From an uncultured delta proteobacterium (GTDB taxonomy: Bacteria; Desulfobacterota; Syntrophia; Syntrophales; UBA2192): a stretch of 64,000 bases of DNA. Position 1 is the stretch's first letter. Every line of letters starts with the position of its first letter. Positions 1 to 11,498 of the stretch are shown in pieces. The DNA is taken from positions 845 to 64,844 of the forward strand of contig CAVPJD010000025.1 of NCBI GenBank assembly GCA_963705165.1, given 5' to 3'. Under the pieces are notes generated by a model. The model did no database searches, had not been told where the DNA came from, and saw only the letters and a program-made list of their open reading frames with translations. The position numbers and the translations under genes are program-made.

Positions 1-2113
1 AGGCCTGGGCCTTCGGCTCTTCCACGGGCGCTTCCCGGGTCTCCATGGCCTCCCAGACGATCTCGGCGACGTCCTTGGCGACGACCTTGTCCTCGGCGTT
101 GCGGGCCTTGAGGCCGTCCATGACCATGGTGTTGCAGAAGGGGCACGCCGTGGCGATGGCCGTGGCGTTCACCTTGAGGGCCATATCGGTGCGATAGTTG
201 TTGATCCGCTCGCCGATGTGCTCTTCCATCCACATGCGGCCGCCGCCTGCGCCGCAGCAGAAGCCGTGGTCGTGGTGCTTCTCCATCTCCACGAGCTTGA
301 GACCGGGCACGGACTGCAGGATCTTTCTCGGCTGCTCGTAGACATTGTTGTAGCGGCCCAGGAAGCACGAGTCGTGGTAGGTGAAGAGCCCTTCGGTGGC
401 CTTCGTCGGCTTGATCTTTCCCTTGGCGATGAGATCGGCGATGATCTCCGTGTGGTGATAGACCTCGTAGGTGCCGCCCAGCTGGGGGTAGTCCTTCTTG
501 ATCGTGTTGTAGCCGTGGGGGCAGGTGGTGATGACCTTCTTGACCCCGTAGCCGTTCATCACCTCGATGTTGGCCTGGGCGAGCGCCTGGTAGAGGTACT
601 CGTTGCCGCCGCGCATGGCCGAGTCGCCGCAGCAGCTCTCCTCGGTGCCGAGGATGGCGAAGCTGACACCCGCGGCCTGCAGGATCTTCGCGAAGGCCGC
701 CGAGACCTTCTTGCCGCGGTCTTCCAAGCCGCCCGCGCAGCCCACGTACCAGAGGTACTCCGCCTCGGGGTACTCGGCCATGGTCTTGACTCCCAGCTCC
801 TTGGCCCAGTCGCCGCGCATGTGGGCGCCGATGCCCCAGGGGTTGGAGTTGTTTTCCATGTTGCGGTAGGTCAGCTGGAGCTCGGGGGCGAAGTCGGCCT
901 CCGTGAGGACCTTGTAGCGCCGCATGTCGACGATCTTGGGCACGTGCTCGATCAGGACGGGGCAGTGCTCCATGCAGTGCATGCAGTTCGTGCAGTCCCA
1001 GACGGAGTTCACACCCACGGCGTCGTTGATGAGGTTCTTCTCGCTCTCGGGGATCTCGGGGGCCGCGGCGTCGGGTCCCGCCGTCTTGGCGGCCTTGGCG
1101 GCGGTGGCGTAGAGCGGCGCGCGCGTCAGCCAGTGGTCCTTGATGTCCTGGACGAGCTTCTTGGGCGAGAGCTCCTTGCCTGTGAGATAGGCCGGGCAGC
1201 CGTTCTGGCAGCGGCCGCAGCGCGTGCAGGCATCACTGTCGAAGATCTGCTTCCAGGTGAACTCCTCGAGCTTGCCCACGCCGAAGCTCTCGGCGTTCTC
1301 GAAGTCGCGGATGGGCTCGAGTTGGCCCGTGGGCTTCAGGGTGGCCATGAACTGGTTGGCCGGCGAGGTCACGATGTGCAGCAGCCTCGAGAAGGGGATG
1401 TAGGCGATGAAGCCGAAGGCCAGGAAGGCATGGCCCCACCACATGAGCTTGTGGGAGGTCTTCAGGGTGTCCATGCTCATCCCGACGAAGAACTGGCCCA
1501 CCATGTAGCCGATGAAGGACCACTTCTCGAAGTCGGAGTTGCCGGTGGCGATGATGCGCAGGCCCTCGACGATGTAGCCCGTCACCATGATGGCGAGGAT
1601 GAGCCCCAGCACGATGGCGTCCTCGGGCCGGTTGTCCGGCGTGCCCTTGTAGCCCAGGCGGTCGGGTTTCTTGATGTAGCGCCGGTCGATCGCCAGGATG
1701 CAGCCCACGATGGCAAAGAGGCCGAATAGATCCATGATGAAGGAAAAGGCCAGATACCCTTTGCCGGGCAGGTGCATGCCCGTGTAGAACGAGGTGGCGT
1801 CGATGGCAGCGCCCCAGATCAGGACGAAAAATGCAAAGAAGATGAGACCGTGAATCAGGCCGGGATAGAAGTCCCGCCAGACGGAAAGCTGCAGGATGCC
1901 GTTTCTGAAAAGATTCTTGAAGCGCTCGCCTCTGTTGTCATCGCGGAGCTCGGCCTTCCCCATGGCCCGCCAGAGTTCGGAGCGCTTATAAAGACCCCAG
2001 CCCATGATGGCCAGGGCGATCAGCGCGAAGACATCGAGGGGGATCTGATAATTGACGGTATTCCAGAATACCTCCCTCCCCTCGTTGCCGGGTCCAAATG
2101 CCACGTTTTGCAT
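1..2113 (-). CDS. EtfAB-associated membrane Fe-S oxidoreductase (HdrD/DsrK-like with CCG cysteine-rich domains and an N-terminal multi-TM domain); 3' end cut by window edge
   Basis: Absent from the ORF track because it has no stop in the window. Manual minus-strand translation from ATG 2113 (GGAGGA 8 nt upstream) gives MQNVAFGPGNEGREVFWNTV... It has a hydrophobic N-terminal third, ferredoxin-type motifs CTRCGRCQNGCP and CTNCMHCMEHCP, and CCG-type motifs CCGDSAMRGG and FCCGAGGG...CPFC. The frame stays open to position 2. It lies directly downstream of etfBA. Confidence 0.85.
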   Translation of the reverse strand, partial: MQNVAFGPGNEGREVFWNTVNYQIPLDVFALIALAIMGWGLYKRSELWRAMGKAELRDDNRGERFKNLFRNGILQLSVWRDFYPGLIHGLIFFAFFVLIWGAAIDATSFYTGMHLPGKGYLAFSFIMDLFGLFAIVGCILAIDRRYIKKPDRLGYKGTPDNRPEDAIVLGLILAIMVTGYIVEGLRIIATGNSDFEKWSFIGYMVGQFFVGMSMDTLKTSHKLMWWGHAFLAFGFIAYIPFSRLLHIVTSPANQFMATLKPTGQLEPIRDFENAESFGVGKLEEFTWKQIFDSDACTRCGRCQNGCPAYLTGKELSPKKLVQDIKDHWLTRAPLYATAAKAAKTAGPDAAAPEIPESEKNLINDAVGVNSVWDCTNCMHCMEHCPVLIEHVPKIVDMRRYKVLTEADFAPELQLTYRNMENNSNPWGIGAHMRGDWAKELGVKTMAEYPEAEYLWYVGCAGGLEDRGKKVSAAFAKILQAAGVSFAILGTEESCCGDSAMRGGNEYLYQALAQANIEVMNGYGVKKVITTCPHGYNTIKKDYPQLGGTYEVYHHTEIIADLIAKGKIKPTKATEGLFTYHDSCFLGRYNNVYEQPRKILQSVPGLKLVEMEKHHDHGFCCGAGGGRMWMEEHIGERINNYRTDMALKVNATAIATACPFCNTMVMDGLKARNAEDKVVAKDVAEIVWEAMETREAPVEEPKAQA

Positions 2114-2561
2114 ATGCCACGTCCTCCATTCCACTGTTCTGGTTGCAAAGCCCCCTGATCAAAAGGGGCTTCCCGGTCAGGAAGGAGCCGGACAGGCTTG
2201 CGCACCGTCGTGCGCGTCCAGGGCCTCTGCCCCGTGCCGGTTCTCTGCCTCTCCCTCTCTCCTCTCATCTCATCCCGCTGCCGTGTGCTGTGACCCCGGT
2301 TGCGGCTTTCATCCAACGATTCCTTTTTCCGTGCCTGCCGGCTGCTGACCTGTTGCCGCCCTTTTCGCTCTCTCCGTGCGAAGGGGGACGAACGTTTGCG
2401 GGGCGCTTCCGTTGGGGTGCATCCTGCGGAGATGGCTTTATCTTGCGCAAGAAGAGAATCCGCGCAAACGGAGGCGCCCGGGGTGGCCGGGCAGGAAAAT
2501 TTCCTGTCCAAATGATGGAGCGGGGCCGGCCCCCGAGGGAGGCCGGCCCCGCTTTTCAACC

Positions 2562-3539
2562 TTATGCGAGAATCTTCTTCGCCGCTGCCGTCACTTCCGG
2601 CACGACCTTGAAGAGGTCGTCGATGATCCCGTAGTCCGCCCTCTGGAAGATGGGGGCCTCGGGGTCCTTGTTGATGGCGACGATGAACTTCGAGGAGCTC
2701 ATGCCCGCCAGATGCTGAATGGCGCCGGAAATACCGCAGGCAATGTAGAGGTTCGGCGACACGGTTTTGCCCGTCTGGCCGACCTGGTCCGTGGCGGGGC
2801 GCCAGCCCGCGTCCACAGCCGCGCGCGACGCGCCGACGGCTGCGCCCAGAACCTTCGCCAGCTCTTCGATCATGGGGAAGTTCTCGGGGCCTTTCATGCC
2901 GCGGCCGCCGGAAACGATGATGTTGGCCTCGGTGAGCTCGATCTTGCCGCTTGTGTCCTTGGCAATCTCGGCAACCTTCGTCTTGAGCTGGCCCGCATCG
3001 AGTGCCGGGTCGAACTTCTCGACGGCGCCGGCCTTCGCGTTCTCCACGATGGCGAACACGTTGGGGCGCAGCGACGCCATGGCGGGAGCAGCCTCAAATG
3101 CCACTTCGCCGAAGCACTTGCCTGCGTACATGGGCCGCACGGCGATCAGCTTGCCGCCCTCGATCTTGAGGTCGGTGCAGTCCGTGGCCAGCCCGGTGGC
3201 CAGTTTCCCCACGAGCCTCGCCGCGAGGTCCTTGCCCTGGACCGATGCGCCGAGCAGCAGGATTGCGGGATCCTTCTCCTTCACGATCTTGGCCACCGCA
3301 GCCGCGTGAGCGTCCGTCGTGTAGGGCTCGAGGGCTGCGTTGTCGGCCACGTAAACCTTGTCAACACCGTACTTGCCCAGCTCGGCGGCCTTGCCTTCGA
3401 TGCCGGAGCCGCACAGGACGGCGCAAACCTCGTCACCCAGCTGGTCGGCCAGTTTGCGGGCCGCGCTGGCTATCTCAAAGCTCACCTTGCGGTAAGCTCC
3501 GTCTCTCGCTTCTGCAACAATCCATACACCTTTTGCCAT
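2562..3539 (-). CDS. etfA: electron transfer flavoprotein alpha subunit
   Basis: 325-aa ORF MAKGVWIVAEARDG... with a C-terminal FAD-binding region (PNLYIACGISGAIQHLAGM). Begins 23 nt after etfB. Confidence 0.95.
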   Translation of the reverse strand: MAKGVWIVAEARDGAYRKVSFEIASAARKLADQLGDEVCAVLCGSGIEGKAAELGKYGVDKVYVADNAALEPYTTDAHAAAVAKIVKEKDPAILLLGASVQGKDLAARLVGKLATGLATDCTDLKIEGGKLIAVRPMYAGKCFGEVAFEAAPAMASLRPNVFAIVENAKAGAVEKFDPALDAGQLKTKVAEIAKDTSGKIELTEANIIVSGGRGMKGPENFPMIEELAKVLGAAVGASRAAVDAGWRPATDQVGQTGKTVSPNLYIACGISGAIQHLAGMSSSKFIVAINKDPEAPIFQRADYGIIDDLFKVVPEVTAAAKKILA

Positions 3540-3562
3540 GATTCGTAACCTCCTCCTTATCC

Positions 3563-4333
3563 TTAGATCACTTTCGCCTCTTCCCGCAGCAGCTTCACAA
3601 GCTCCTGTGCCTTCAGTGCCGGATCATCGCCCTGGAGGATCTTTCCGGGAGCTCTTGCCGGAGGCGGTACGGTCTTGGCAACCTTTGCCTTGGCGGCGGC
3701 GGTAATGCCGATGGCCGCCGCGTTCTTCACGTCGACGGGCTTCTTCTTGGCCTTCATGATGCCGGGCAGCGACGCGTAGCGCGGCTCGTTGAGCCCCTTC
3801 TGCGCCGTGATGACACAGGGCAGGCTCGTCTCGATCGTCACCGTGGCGCCCTCGATGGCATTCTGGGCCTTCACGGCCGTGCCGGCGATCTCGAGCTTCG
3901 TCACGAACGTGACCGAGGGGATCCCCAGCAGATCGGCCAGAACGGAGCCGACCTGGCCGGCATCGCCGTCAATGGCCCGCTGGCCGCAAAAGATGATGTC
4001 GTGGGGGAGCGTCTTGATGACGGCGGCCAGTGCCGAGGCCGTCGTGTAGGCATCGGCGCCGTTGAGGGACGGGTCGTCGACGTGGACGCCCTTGTCGGCC
4101 CCCATGGCCAGCGCCGTGCGGATCGTTTCCATGGTCCTGGCGGGACCGACGGAGACGATGGTCACATCGCCGCCCAGCTTTTCCTTCAGCTTCAGCGCCT
4201 CTTCCACGCCGTACTCGTCATAGGGGTTCATGACCCACTTGATCCCGTCCTCTACGATTCCTGATCCGTCGGGTTTAACCTTGATCAGGGTTTCCGTGTC
4301 CGGAACCTGCTTCACACATGCAATAATGTTCAC
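3563..4333 (-). CDS. etfB: electron transfer flavoprotein beta subunit
   Basis: ORF 3563..4402 trimmed to GTG 4333 (AGGAGG 5 nt upstream). VNIIACVKQVPDTE... is the canonical EtfB N-terminus. Confidence 0.9.
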   Translation of the reverse strand: MNIIACVKQVPDTETLIKVKPDGSGIVEDGIKWVMNPYDEYGVEEALKLKEKLGGDVTIVSVGPARTMETIRTALAMGADKGVHVDDPSLNGADAYTTASALAAVIKTLPHDIIFCGQRAIDGDAGQVGSVLADLLGIPSVTFVTKLEIAGTAVKAQNAIEGATVTIETSLPCVITAQKGLNEPRYASLPGIMKAKKKPVDVKNAAAIGITAAAKAKVAKTVPPPARAPGKILQGDDPALKAQELVKLLREEAKVI

Positions 4334-4512
4334 AGCTGCCTCCTTTCTTCGGACGCAAACCGCCGGGCTGCCCTCCGGCAGCCCGACGGTCCACGAACCC
4401 ACATATGTTGATATACTTTTGGCCCCGGGCTGCGGACCTCCGGCGCAGAATAACCGAATCCCTCTCTCCCTCTGCGCCTTGAGCCTTTTGCCTTAAGCCT
4501 TATGCCTGCTTC

Positions 4513-6474
<1,962 letters not shown>

Positions 6475-6717
6475 CTGCACTCCACCTCCATTTGAACTTT
6501 TTTCAGTCTTATTATTCCAGGGAGAACCTTCCCGGTATCGAAACACCCTGCCCGCGGGCCGGGTCTTCTGGCCGGGTAGCGCCCGGAAGAAGCCCCCCGT
6601 CCGCACGGGACAGGAAGGGAATCCGGCAGAAGCGCCTCCGGGTTGGCGAGTGCGCCCTCCCGAATGGAAAAGGCGCATGAAGTCACTCCCTTGTACCCCT
6701 CTCTGAAAAGCCGCCGG

Positions 6718-6747
6718 AGTATAAGATTAGAGGTCTTTTTTTGTCAA
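6718..6747 (-). promoter_or_regulatory. candidate sigma70-type promoter for acs
   Basis: Minus strand reads TTGACA (6747..6742), an 18-nt spacer, then TATACT (6723..6718). This would give a leader of about 235 nt before ATG 6474. Confidence 0.4.
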
Positions 6748-7301
6748 GTAAAAAGTGGGTTATTTTACCGGATTTTACAGGCTAAAGCGTTGCAAAAAAA
6801 CCTCGGTCCGGGACGTGTGTGTATTTTTCAACACAGCTTCAGCGATCTTCAGGGGGTTCAGCTTACAGGCCCGGGAGGGATAAAACATTAAATAATCACA
6901 ATATATCATATAGTTACAATCATTATGGGCCCATAAAACAACGGTGGTATGGGAATTGCTCAATGGGGAAGCATCCGTTCCGCTTCGGAGCGGGAAGATT
7001 GTGCGTCATGTGTGTGTCATGAAGGCCGCGCAAGGCGCCCCGGGCATGAAGCCCGCGGCAGGGGCGGCAGAAAATGCTTGACATGGGTTTATGGCGATGC
7101 TAGTTCTTTTTGCAAAAAACAGGGGGGGCACTATGCCCCATGAAAGGGGGTGACGGGCAAACGCTGTTGCGGCGTCGGGGAGGGTGAGCGAATCCATCCC
7201 GAAACCGGCGGCTTGAAGCCGCAAGATCCATAGGATCTCCACCGGGAAATTCCCGGGGATGTCCCAAAATCCTTAAAAAATTATGAGGAGGAGAAGAAAA
7301 A

Positions 7302-8707
7302 ATGAAGAAGCTTTTAATCGGTTTCCTCGCTGTCGGCCTGATCATGAGCTTTGCCATGACGGCCTCCGCTCAGCCCAACATCAAGGCGAGCGGCCAGTTG
7401 TACATGTACGGCTCCTATAACGACAACATGAGCCTGCGCAATGGCGGCGACTCCCGCGCCAACGTGGCCAACCGCATGAGGATCCAGTTCGAGATCCAGG
7501 TGCAGGAAGGCCTCAAGCTGACGACCCGCTTCGACGCCCTGGAAAGGGCCTGGGGCCAGTCGCCCGCCACGAAGACCCAAGCTTTCTACGACGTGCGCGC
7601 TGAGAACAACATCAGCTGGGAGCGCGCCTATGTGACCTTCAACGCGCTCTACGGCATTTTTGATGTCGGCTACAAGCAGTCCCGCGTGTGGGGCACCTGC
7701 GCATTCTGCGACGACTACGATTCCGACCCCGGCATCCAGTACCGCTACCTGATGGGCCCCTGGACCTTCGGTCTGAACTGGGACAAGAGGGCCGGCACGG
7801 ACACCTCCTTCGCCAACGGCCTCTACCCCAATCAGCAGGGTGAAGGCTCCGCGACTCAGGGCGGCACAGAGCCTGCCCGGCACGGACAACGACCATGACG
7901 TCTACCAGATCTTCGCGATCTACCGCTGGGCCACGGGCCAGGCGGGTCTGCGCTTCGAGTATGACTACGATGCGGCTGCCGGCAACCTGAACGGCACGTA
8001 CACGGCCGGTTTCGCTCGGGACGCCTCCCCAACAACCGGCGATCACCTCGCCCTTCGGCACCGTTGCCCTGGGCAGCTACACCTCGACGTTCTATGAAAT
8101 CGCCCCCTACGTGCAGTGGAAGTTCGGTCCCTTCGACATGGAAGGCGAGCTCCGTTATGTGTGGGGCACGATCGACACCGAGGCCCGCTCTGACATCGAC
8201 CGCGACGGCTACTCCTTATACCTGATGGGCAAATACACGATGGGCGCCTTCTACGGCGGTCTCGAGTTTGCCTACATCACCGGTGACGATCCCAACACGA
8301 CGGACAAGTGGGAAGCCGGCCAGCCTGGCGGCCAGGCCTGGGATCCGCTCCTCATGTTCGGCAACTACTGGTTCACCAAGTATCACGGCGCCATGGGCGG
8401 CGCGATCGGTCCCAACGAGTCCAACCTGATCATGTTCAAGCCCTTCGTCGGCTGGAAGGTCAATCCCCAGCTCGAAGTGGTCCTGCAGTACGCCTGGCTG
8501 AAGGCTGACGAGAAGCCGGCGGGATTCGTCGACGACGCCTACGGCTCTGAAATCGACCTCTATGCAACCTACAAGCTCTACAACAACCTGAGCTACACGG
8601 TGGGCTTCGGCTACTTCATGACCGGCGATTACTTCAAGGGCACGAACGCCAACACCAACCTGGATGACAACTACCTGATCATGAACGCCCTGAACTTCAC
8701 GTTCTAA
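7302..8707 (+). pseudogene. outer-membrane beta-barrel porin, interrupted by two apparent frameshifts
   Basis: N-terminal ORF 7302..7898 has a signal peptide (MKKLLIGFLAVGLIMSFAMTASA). The middle piece is in the frame of 7840..8097 (DNDHDVYQIFAIYRWATGQAGLRFEYDYD). The C-terminal piece is in the frame of 8111..8707 and ends ...MNALNFTF, a terminal Phe typical of OMPs. Frame changes lie near 7860 and 8030. Confidence 0.7.
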
Positions 8708-8734
8708 GCTTCCTTTTCAGAGTTGCCTGAGAAC

Positions 8735-8773
8735 AAAGACCCCCGGGGGTAAGCCCCCGGGGGTCTTTCATTT
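8735..8773 (+). terminator. intrinsic terminator after the porin gene
   Basis: AAAGACCCCCGGGGG-taag-CCCCCGGGGGTCTTT followed by a CATTT tail. Confidence 0.6.
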
Positions 8774-8817
8774 GCCGGTCCTTGCTACGGTCGCTCCCAA
8801 GAAACAACCCATCGTTT

Positions 8818-8889
8818 GTCACTGCGAGCAAAGCGAAGCAGTCTCAAGACGGGATTGCCGCGTCGGCCTGACGGCCTCCTCGCAATGAC
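8818..8889. repeat. GTCAYTGCGAG...CTCGCAATGAC palindromic intergenic element (REP/MITE-like, subfamily B)
   Basis: gtcactgcgagcaaagcgaagcagtctcaagacgggattgccgcgtcggcctgacggcctcctcgcaatgac. The termini are inverted repeats. A further right-end copy (ctcgcaatgac) lies at 8943..8953. Confidence 0.55.
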
Positions 8890-9061
8890 GGACCAACGCT
8901 GTTTCTTCCATCGATAACCCCGGACGGAGCCGGGCTCTGTTGCTCGCAATGACCGAAGAGCTCGATCCCGCGGCATTCGTCAGGGAGGATTTTCGGCCAT
9001 CAAACGGCTTGACAAGAGCCGAGGGGTGAGACATATTTACGCAAAGCAGGCATTGGGCATG

Positions 9062-9139
9062 AGGCAATAGGCGTCAGGTACAGGAACCAAGAATTCATTC
9101 CTTATCCCTGGTGCCTAATGCCTGGTGCCTTATGCCCGG
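9062..9139. repeat. opposed heptamer arrays (GGCNNNN / NNNNGCC family)
   Basis: aggcaat aggcgtc aggtaca gg, a 13-nt spacer, then ttcctta tccctgg tgcctaa tgcctgg tgcctta tgcccgg. Confidence 0.7.
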
Positions 9140-9160
9140 ATATAACGACGGAGGCGTTTC

Positions 9161-9364
9161 ATGCCCTTATACGATTACGAATGTGCAAAGTGCGCCCACG
9201 TCTTCGAGGTCTTCCACAAGATCGACGAAGTGATCGATGACCTGGCCTGCCCGAAATGCAAGGCAAAAAAGCCCAGAAAGCTCGTCTCCCAGTTCAAGAC
9301 CAACCAGTGGTCGCAGTTTCTGGACACGATGGAGCGCAAGATCAGCCCGCACAAATTCAAGTGA
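9161..9364 (+). CDS. FmdB-family zinc-ribbon protein
   Basis: 67 aa, MPLYDYECAKCAHVFEVFHKI...CPKCKAKK. Two CxxC pairs and the typical MPxYxYxC start. Confidence 0.8.
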   Translation: MPLYDYECAKCAHVFEVFHKIDEVIDDLACPKCKAKKPRKLVSQFKTNQWSQFLDTMERKISPHKFK

Positions 9365-9379
9365 GACCTTCGGTCTCAC
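9361..9379 (+). terminator. short hairpin overlapping the stop codon of the zinc-ribbon gene (weak terminator)
   Basis: GTGAGAC-cttcg-GTCTCAC followed by GGGTTTCGGG. The U-tract is poor. Confidence 0.35.
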
Positions 9380-9452
9380 GGGTTTCGGGTATAGGACTTT
9401 ATGAAGAAATCCCTTTCATTCCCTGAACCCTTTACCCTGGACCCTGTACCCT
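9379..9452. repeat. heptamer arrays (GGGNNNN / CCCTNNN family)
   Basis: cgggttt cgggtat agg, a spacer, then ccctttc attccct gaaccct ttaccct ggaccct gtaccct. Confidence 0.7.
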
Positions 9453-9503
9453 TTTGCAGGGCGTTGACAGAGCGCGCCGCAGTGTCGTAACGGAGGTCGA
9501 AGC

Positions 9504-11255
9504 ATCAACAGACTTTATGGCAACGTCGCCGGCCTGAAGGCCGGCCAGATCCGGCGCATCCAGCAGCTATACCGCCGCAAAATCCCGATTGACCGGGTTC
9601 TCACCCTCGAGCTTGCCCGGACCCTCTGCGAGATTTCCCGAGAGACCAACCGGCAGATCGGCGTCCTCATCAGCCGCAAGGGAGAGATCCACTTCGTCGT
9701 CGTGGGGGATCACCGCCAGATCATGATCCCGAGCCTCGACGAGTTCCGCTCCGGCGAAAGCCGTCTCAAGGGGCTGCGACTCGTCCACACCCACCTCAAC
9801 GGGGAGGCGCTCACCCGGGATGACCTGACGGACCTGGCCCTTCTGCGGCTCGACTTCATCTGCGCCGTGACGGCGGAGGAAAACGGGCAGCCCGGCAAGG
9901 CCCACTCGGCCCACCTGATCCCGGAGAACCCCGACGGCCGCTACTGGCTCCAGCTCGACCCCCTTCACCCCGCCCGGATGGATCTCGATTTCTCAGGGTT
10001 CATCCAGGACCTGGAGGACCAGATCACACGCAGGCAGCGCACCCGCAGGGTCAGCTCGCGGGAGCGGGCCATCCTCATCCGCGTCGAGACGGATCCCCGA
10101 AACCGCCAGAACACGATGGGCGAGCTCAAGGAACTCGCCGAATCGTGCGGCGTCGAGGTCTTCGACGCCATCACCCAGCACCGCCAGGAGATCGACCCGA
10201 AATCTCTCATGGGAAAGGGGAAGCTCTCGGACGTGGTGATCCGCGCCCTGCAGATCGGCGCGAACCTGCTCATTTTCGACCACGAACTCACGCCGGCCCA
10301 GGTCCGCTCGATCACGGACTTCACGGAACTGAAGGTCATCGACCGCACCCAGGTGATCCTGGACATCTTCGCCCAGCGCGCCCACAGCCGCGACGGCAAG
10401 ATCCAGGTGGAGCTCGCGCAGCTCAAGTACCTGCTGCCCCGGCTCATCGAGAAGAACACGGCCATGTCGCGGCTCACCGGCGGGATCGGCGGCACCGGGC
10501 CCGGCGAGACGAAGCTCGAGATCAACCGCAGGCGGGTGAGGGACAAGATCCACCGGCTCGAGGAGGGCATGAAGAACATCCAGAAGGGCCGCAACACGCG
10601 CCGGTCGAGCCGCGAGAGGGCGGGGCTGCCCGTCGTCTCCATCGTGGGCTACACCAATGCGGGAAAATCGACGCTGCTCAATGCCCTCACGAACAGCAGC
10701 GTCCTTGTCGAAGACAGGCTTTTCGCCACGCTGGACCCGAAGAGCTCGCGGCTGCGCTTCCCGCGGGACACGGAGGCCGTCATCACCGACACGGTGGGTT
10801 TCATCCGCAACCTGCCGAAGGAGCTCTTTGCCGCCTTCCGCGCCACCCTCGAGGAGCTTCGCGAGGCCGACGTGCTGCTGCACCTCATCGACGTGAGCAA
10901 CCCGGATTTCGATGAACACATCGTCGCGGTGGAGAAGATCCTCGGGGAGCTGGGCATCGCCGCAAAGCCGACCATCCGCGTCTTCAACAAGGAGGACCGC
11001 ATCGCCGACAAGGAGCTTCTCGCCGCCCTGTGCCGCCGGTTCGACGCCATCGCCGTCTCGGCCCTGAACCCGCCGACGTTTCAGCTCCCTCCTGGACAAG
11101 CTGGAGTGGCTGATCCACAACCGCGCCGCGTCGAATCCGGCATCGACGGCGGAGGATCCCTCACCGGAAGCGGAACCCTCCGCTACGGCACGATGAAAGA
11201 CGTCGATCAGACAATGAGCATTGGCAGCAAGGTCATTGCGAGCACCCACAGGTGA
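9504..11255 (+). CDS. hflX: GTPase HflX, with an apparent non-canonical ATC start and an apparent C-terminal frameshift
   Basis: ORF 9702..11255 contains the GTPase motifs (GYTNAGKSTLLNAL, DTVGF, NKED). The same frame is open back to 9468 and encodes a conserved-looking HflX N-domain (INRLYGNVAGLKAGQIRRIQQLYRR...) with no ATG/GTG/TTG. GGAGG 9492..9496 sits 7 nt before ATC 9504. After about 11070 the plausible C-terminus (RRFSSLLDKLEWLIHNR...) is in the +1 frame and ends at TGA 11196. Confidence 0.8.
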   Translation: MNRLYGNVAGLKAGQIRRIQQLYRRKIPIDRVLTLELARTLCEISRETNRQIGVLISRKGEIHFVVVGDHRQIMIPSLDEFRSGESRLKGLRLVHTHLNGEALTRDDLTDLALLRLDFICAVTAEENGQPGKAHSAHLIPENPDGRYWLQLDPLHPARMDLDFSGFIQDLEDQITRRQRTRRVSSRERAILIRVETDPRNRQNTMGELKELAESCGVEVFDAITQHRQEIDPKSLMGKGKLSDVVIRALQIGANLLIFDHELTPAQVRSITDFTELKVIDRTQVILDIFAQRAHSRDGKIQVELAQLKYLLPRLIEKNTAMSRLTGGIGGTGPGETKLEINRRRVRDKIHRLEEGMKNIQKGRNTRRSSRERAGLPVVSIVGYTNAGKSTLLNALTNSSVLVEDRLFATLDPKSSRLRFPRDTEAVITDTVGFIRNLPKELFAAFRATLEELREADVLLHLIDVSNPDFDEHIVAVEKILGELGIAAKPTIRVFNKEDRIADKELLAALCRRFDAIAVSALNPPTFQLPPGQAGVADPQPRRVESGIDGGGSLTGSGTLRYGTMKDVDQTMSIGSKVIASTHR

Positions 11256-11289
11256 AACATCGAGATCGCTTCACTTCGTTCGCGATGAC
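11232..11289. repeat. GTCATTGCGAG...CGCGATGAC palindromic element (subfamily B)
   Basis: gtcattgcgagcacccacaggtgaaacatcgagatcgcttcacttcgttcgcgatgac. Confidence 0.5.
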
Positions 11290-11305
11290 AAGAAGAGGTT
11301 GAGAA

Positions 11306-11350
11306 GCAAAGAGGGCACCGGAGACACCCCGTCCCCGATGCCCTCTTTGC
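11306..11350 (+). terminator. hairpin terminator after hflX
   Basis: GCAAAGAGGGCA (11306..11317) pairs perfectly with TGCCCTCTTTGC (11339..11350). Followed by TTGTATTCC. Confidence 0.5.
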
Positions 11351-11422
11351 TTGTATTCCCCGATACCCTGTGCCCGATAGCCCGCTCCGGTGTGCACACC
11401 TTTGCGCTTCAGCAAATAATCC

Positions 11423-11452
11423 TTGACGAAATCGGCAGTCAGCTTCTAGATA
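11423..11452 (+). promoter_or_regulatory. candidate sigma70-type promoter for the TPR glycosyltransferase gene
   Basis: TTGACG (11423..11428), an 18-nt spacer, then TAGATA (11447..11452). Lies 47 nt before ATG 11499. Confidence 0.3.
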
Positions 11453-11498
11453 TCAGGACCTGACCGGCAGGAGCTGAATAACCAGGAAGGCGAAGCGT

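Noticed and set aside
218-1729. Long plus-strand ORF (503 aa) opposite the Fe-S oxidoreductase gene. Similar long antisense or off-frame ORFs occur elsewhere, e.g. 4708..6495, 9993..11249, 14340..15632, 34892..36433, 38433..40760, 43791..46289 and 57901..59328.
   Set aside because: They are Ala/Arg/Gly/Leu/Val/Asp-rich low-complexity translations, typical of shadow frames in GC-rich DNA. Each fully overlaps a gene with clear family signatures on the other strand or frame.
6775-7022. Small ORFs in the AT-rich acs/porin spacer (62 and 67 aa).
   Set aside because: No SD and atypical composition (Cys/Tyr/Asn-rich). They overlap each other on opposite strands, consistent with chance ORFs in AT-rich DNA.
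7100-7300. c-di-GMP (GEMM-I) or glycine riboswitch in the porin leader, prompted by ACGGGCAAAC and GAGCGAATCC-like strings.
   Set aside because: The conserved GGGACGCAAAGCC core of GEMM-I and the paired-helix arrangement are not present. The resemblance is limited to a few nucleotides.
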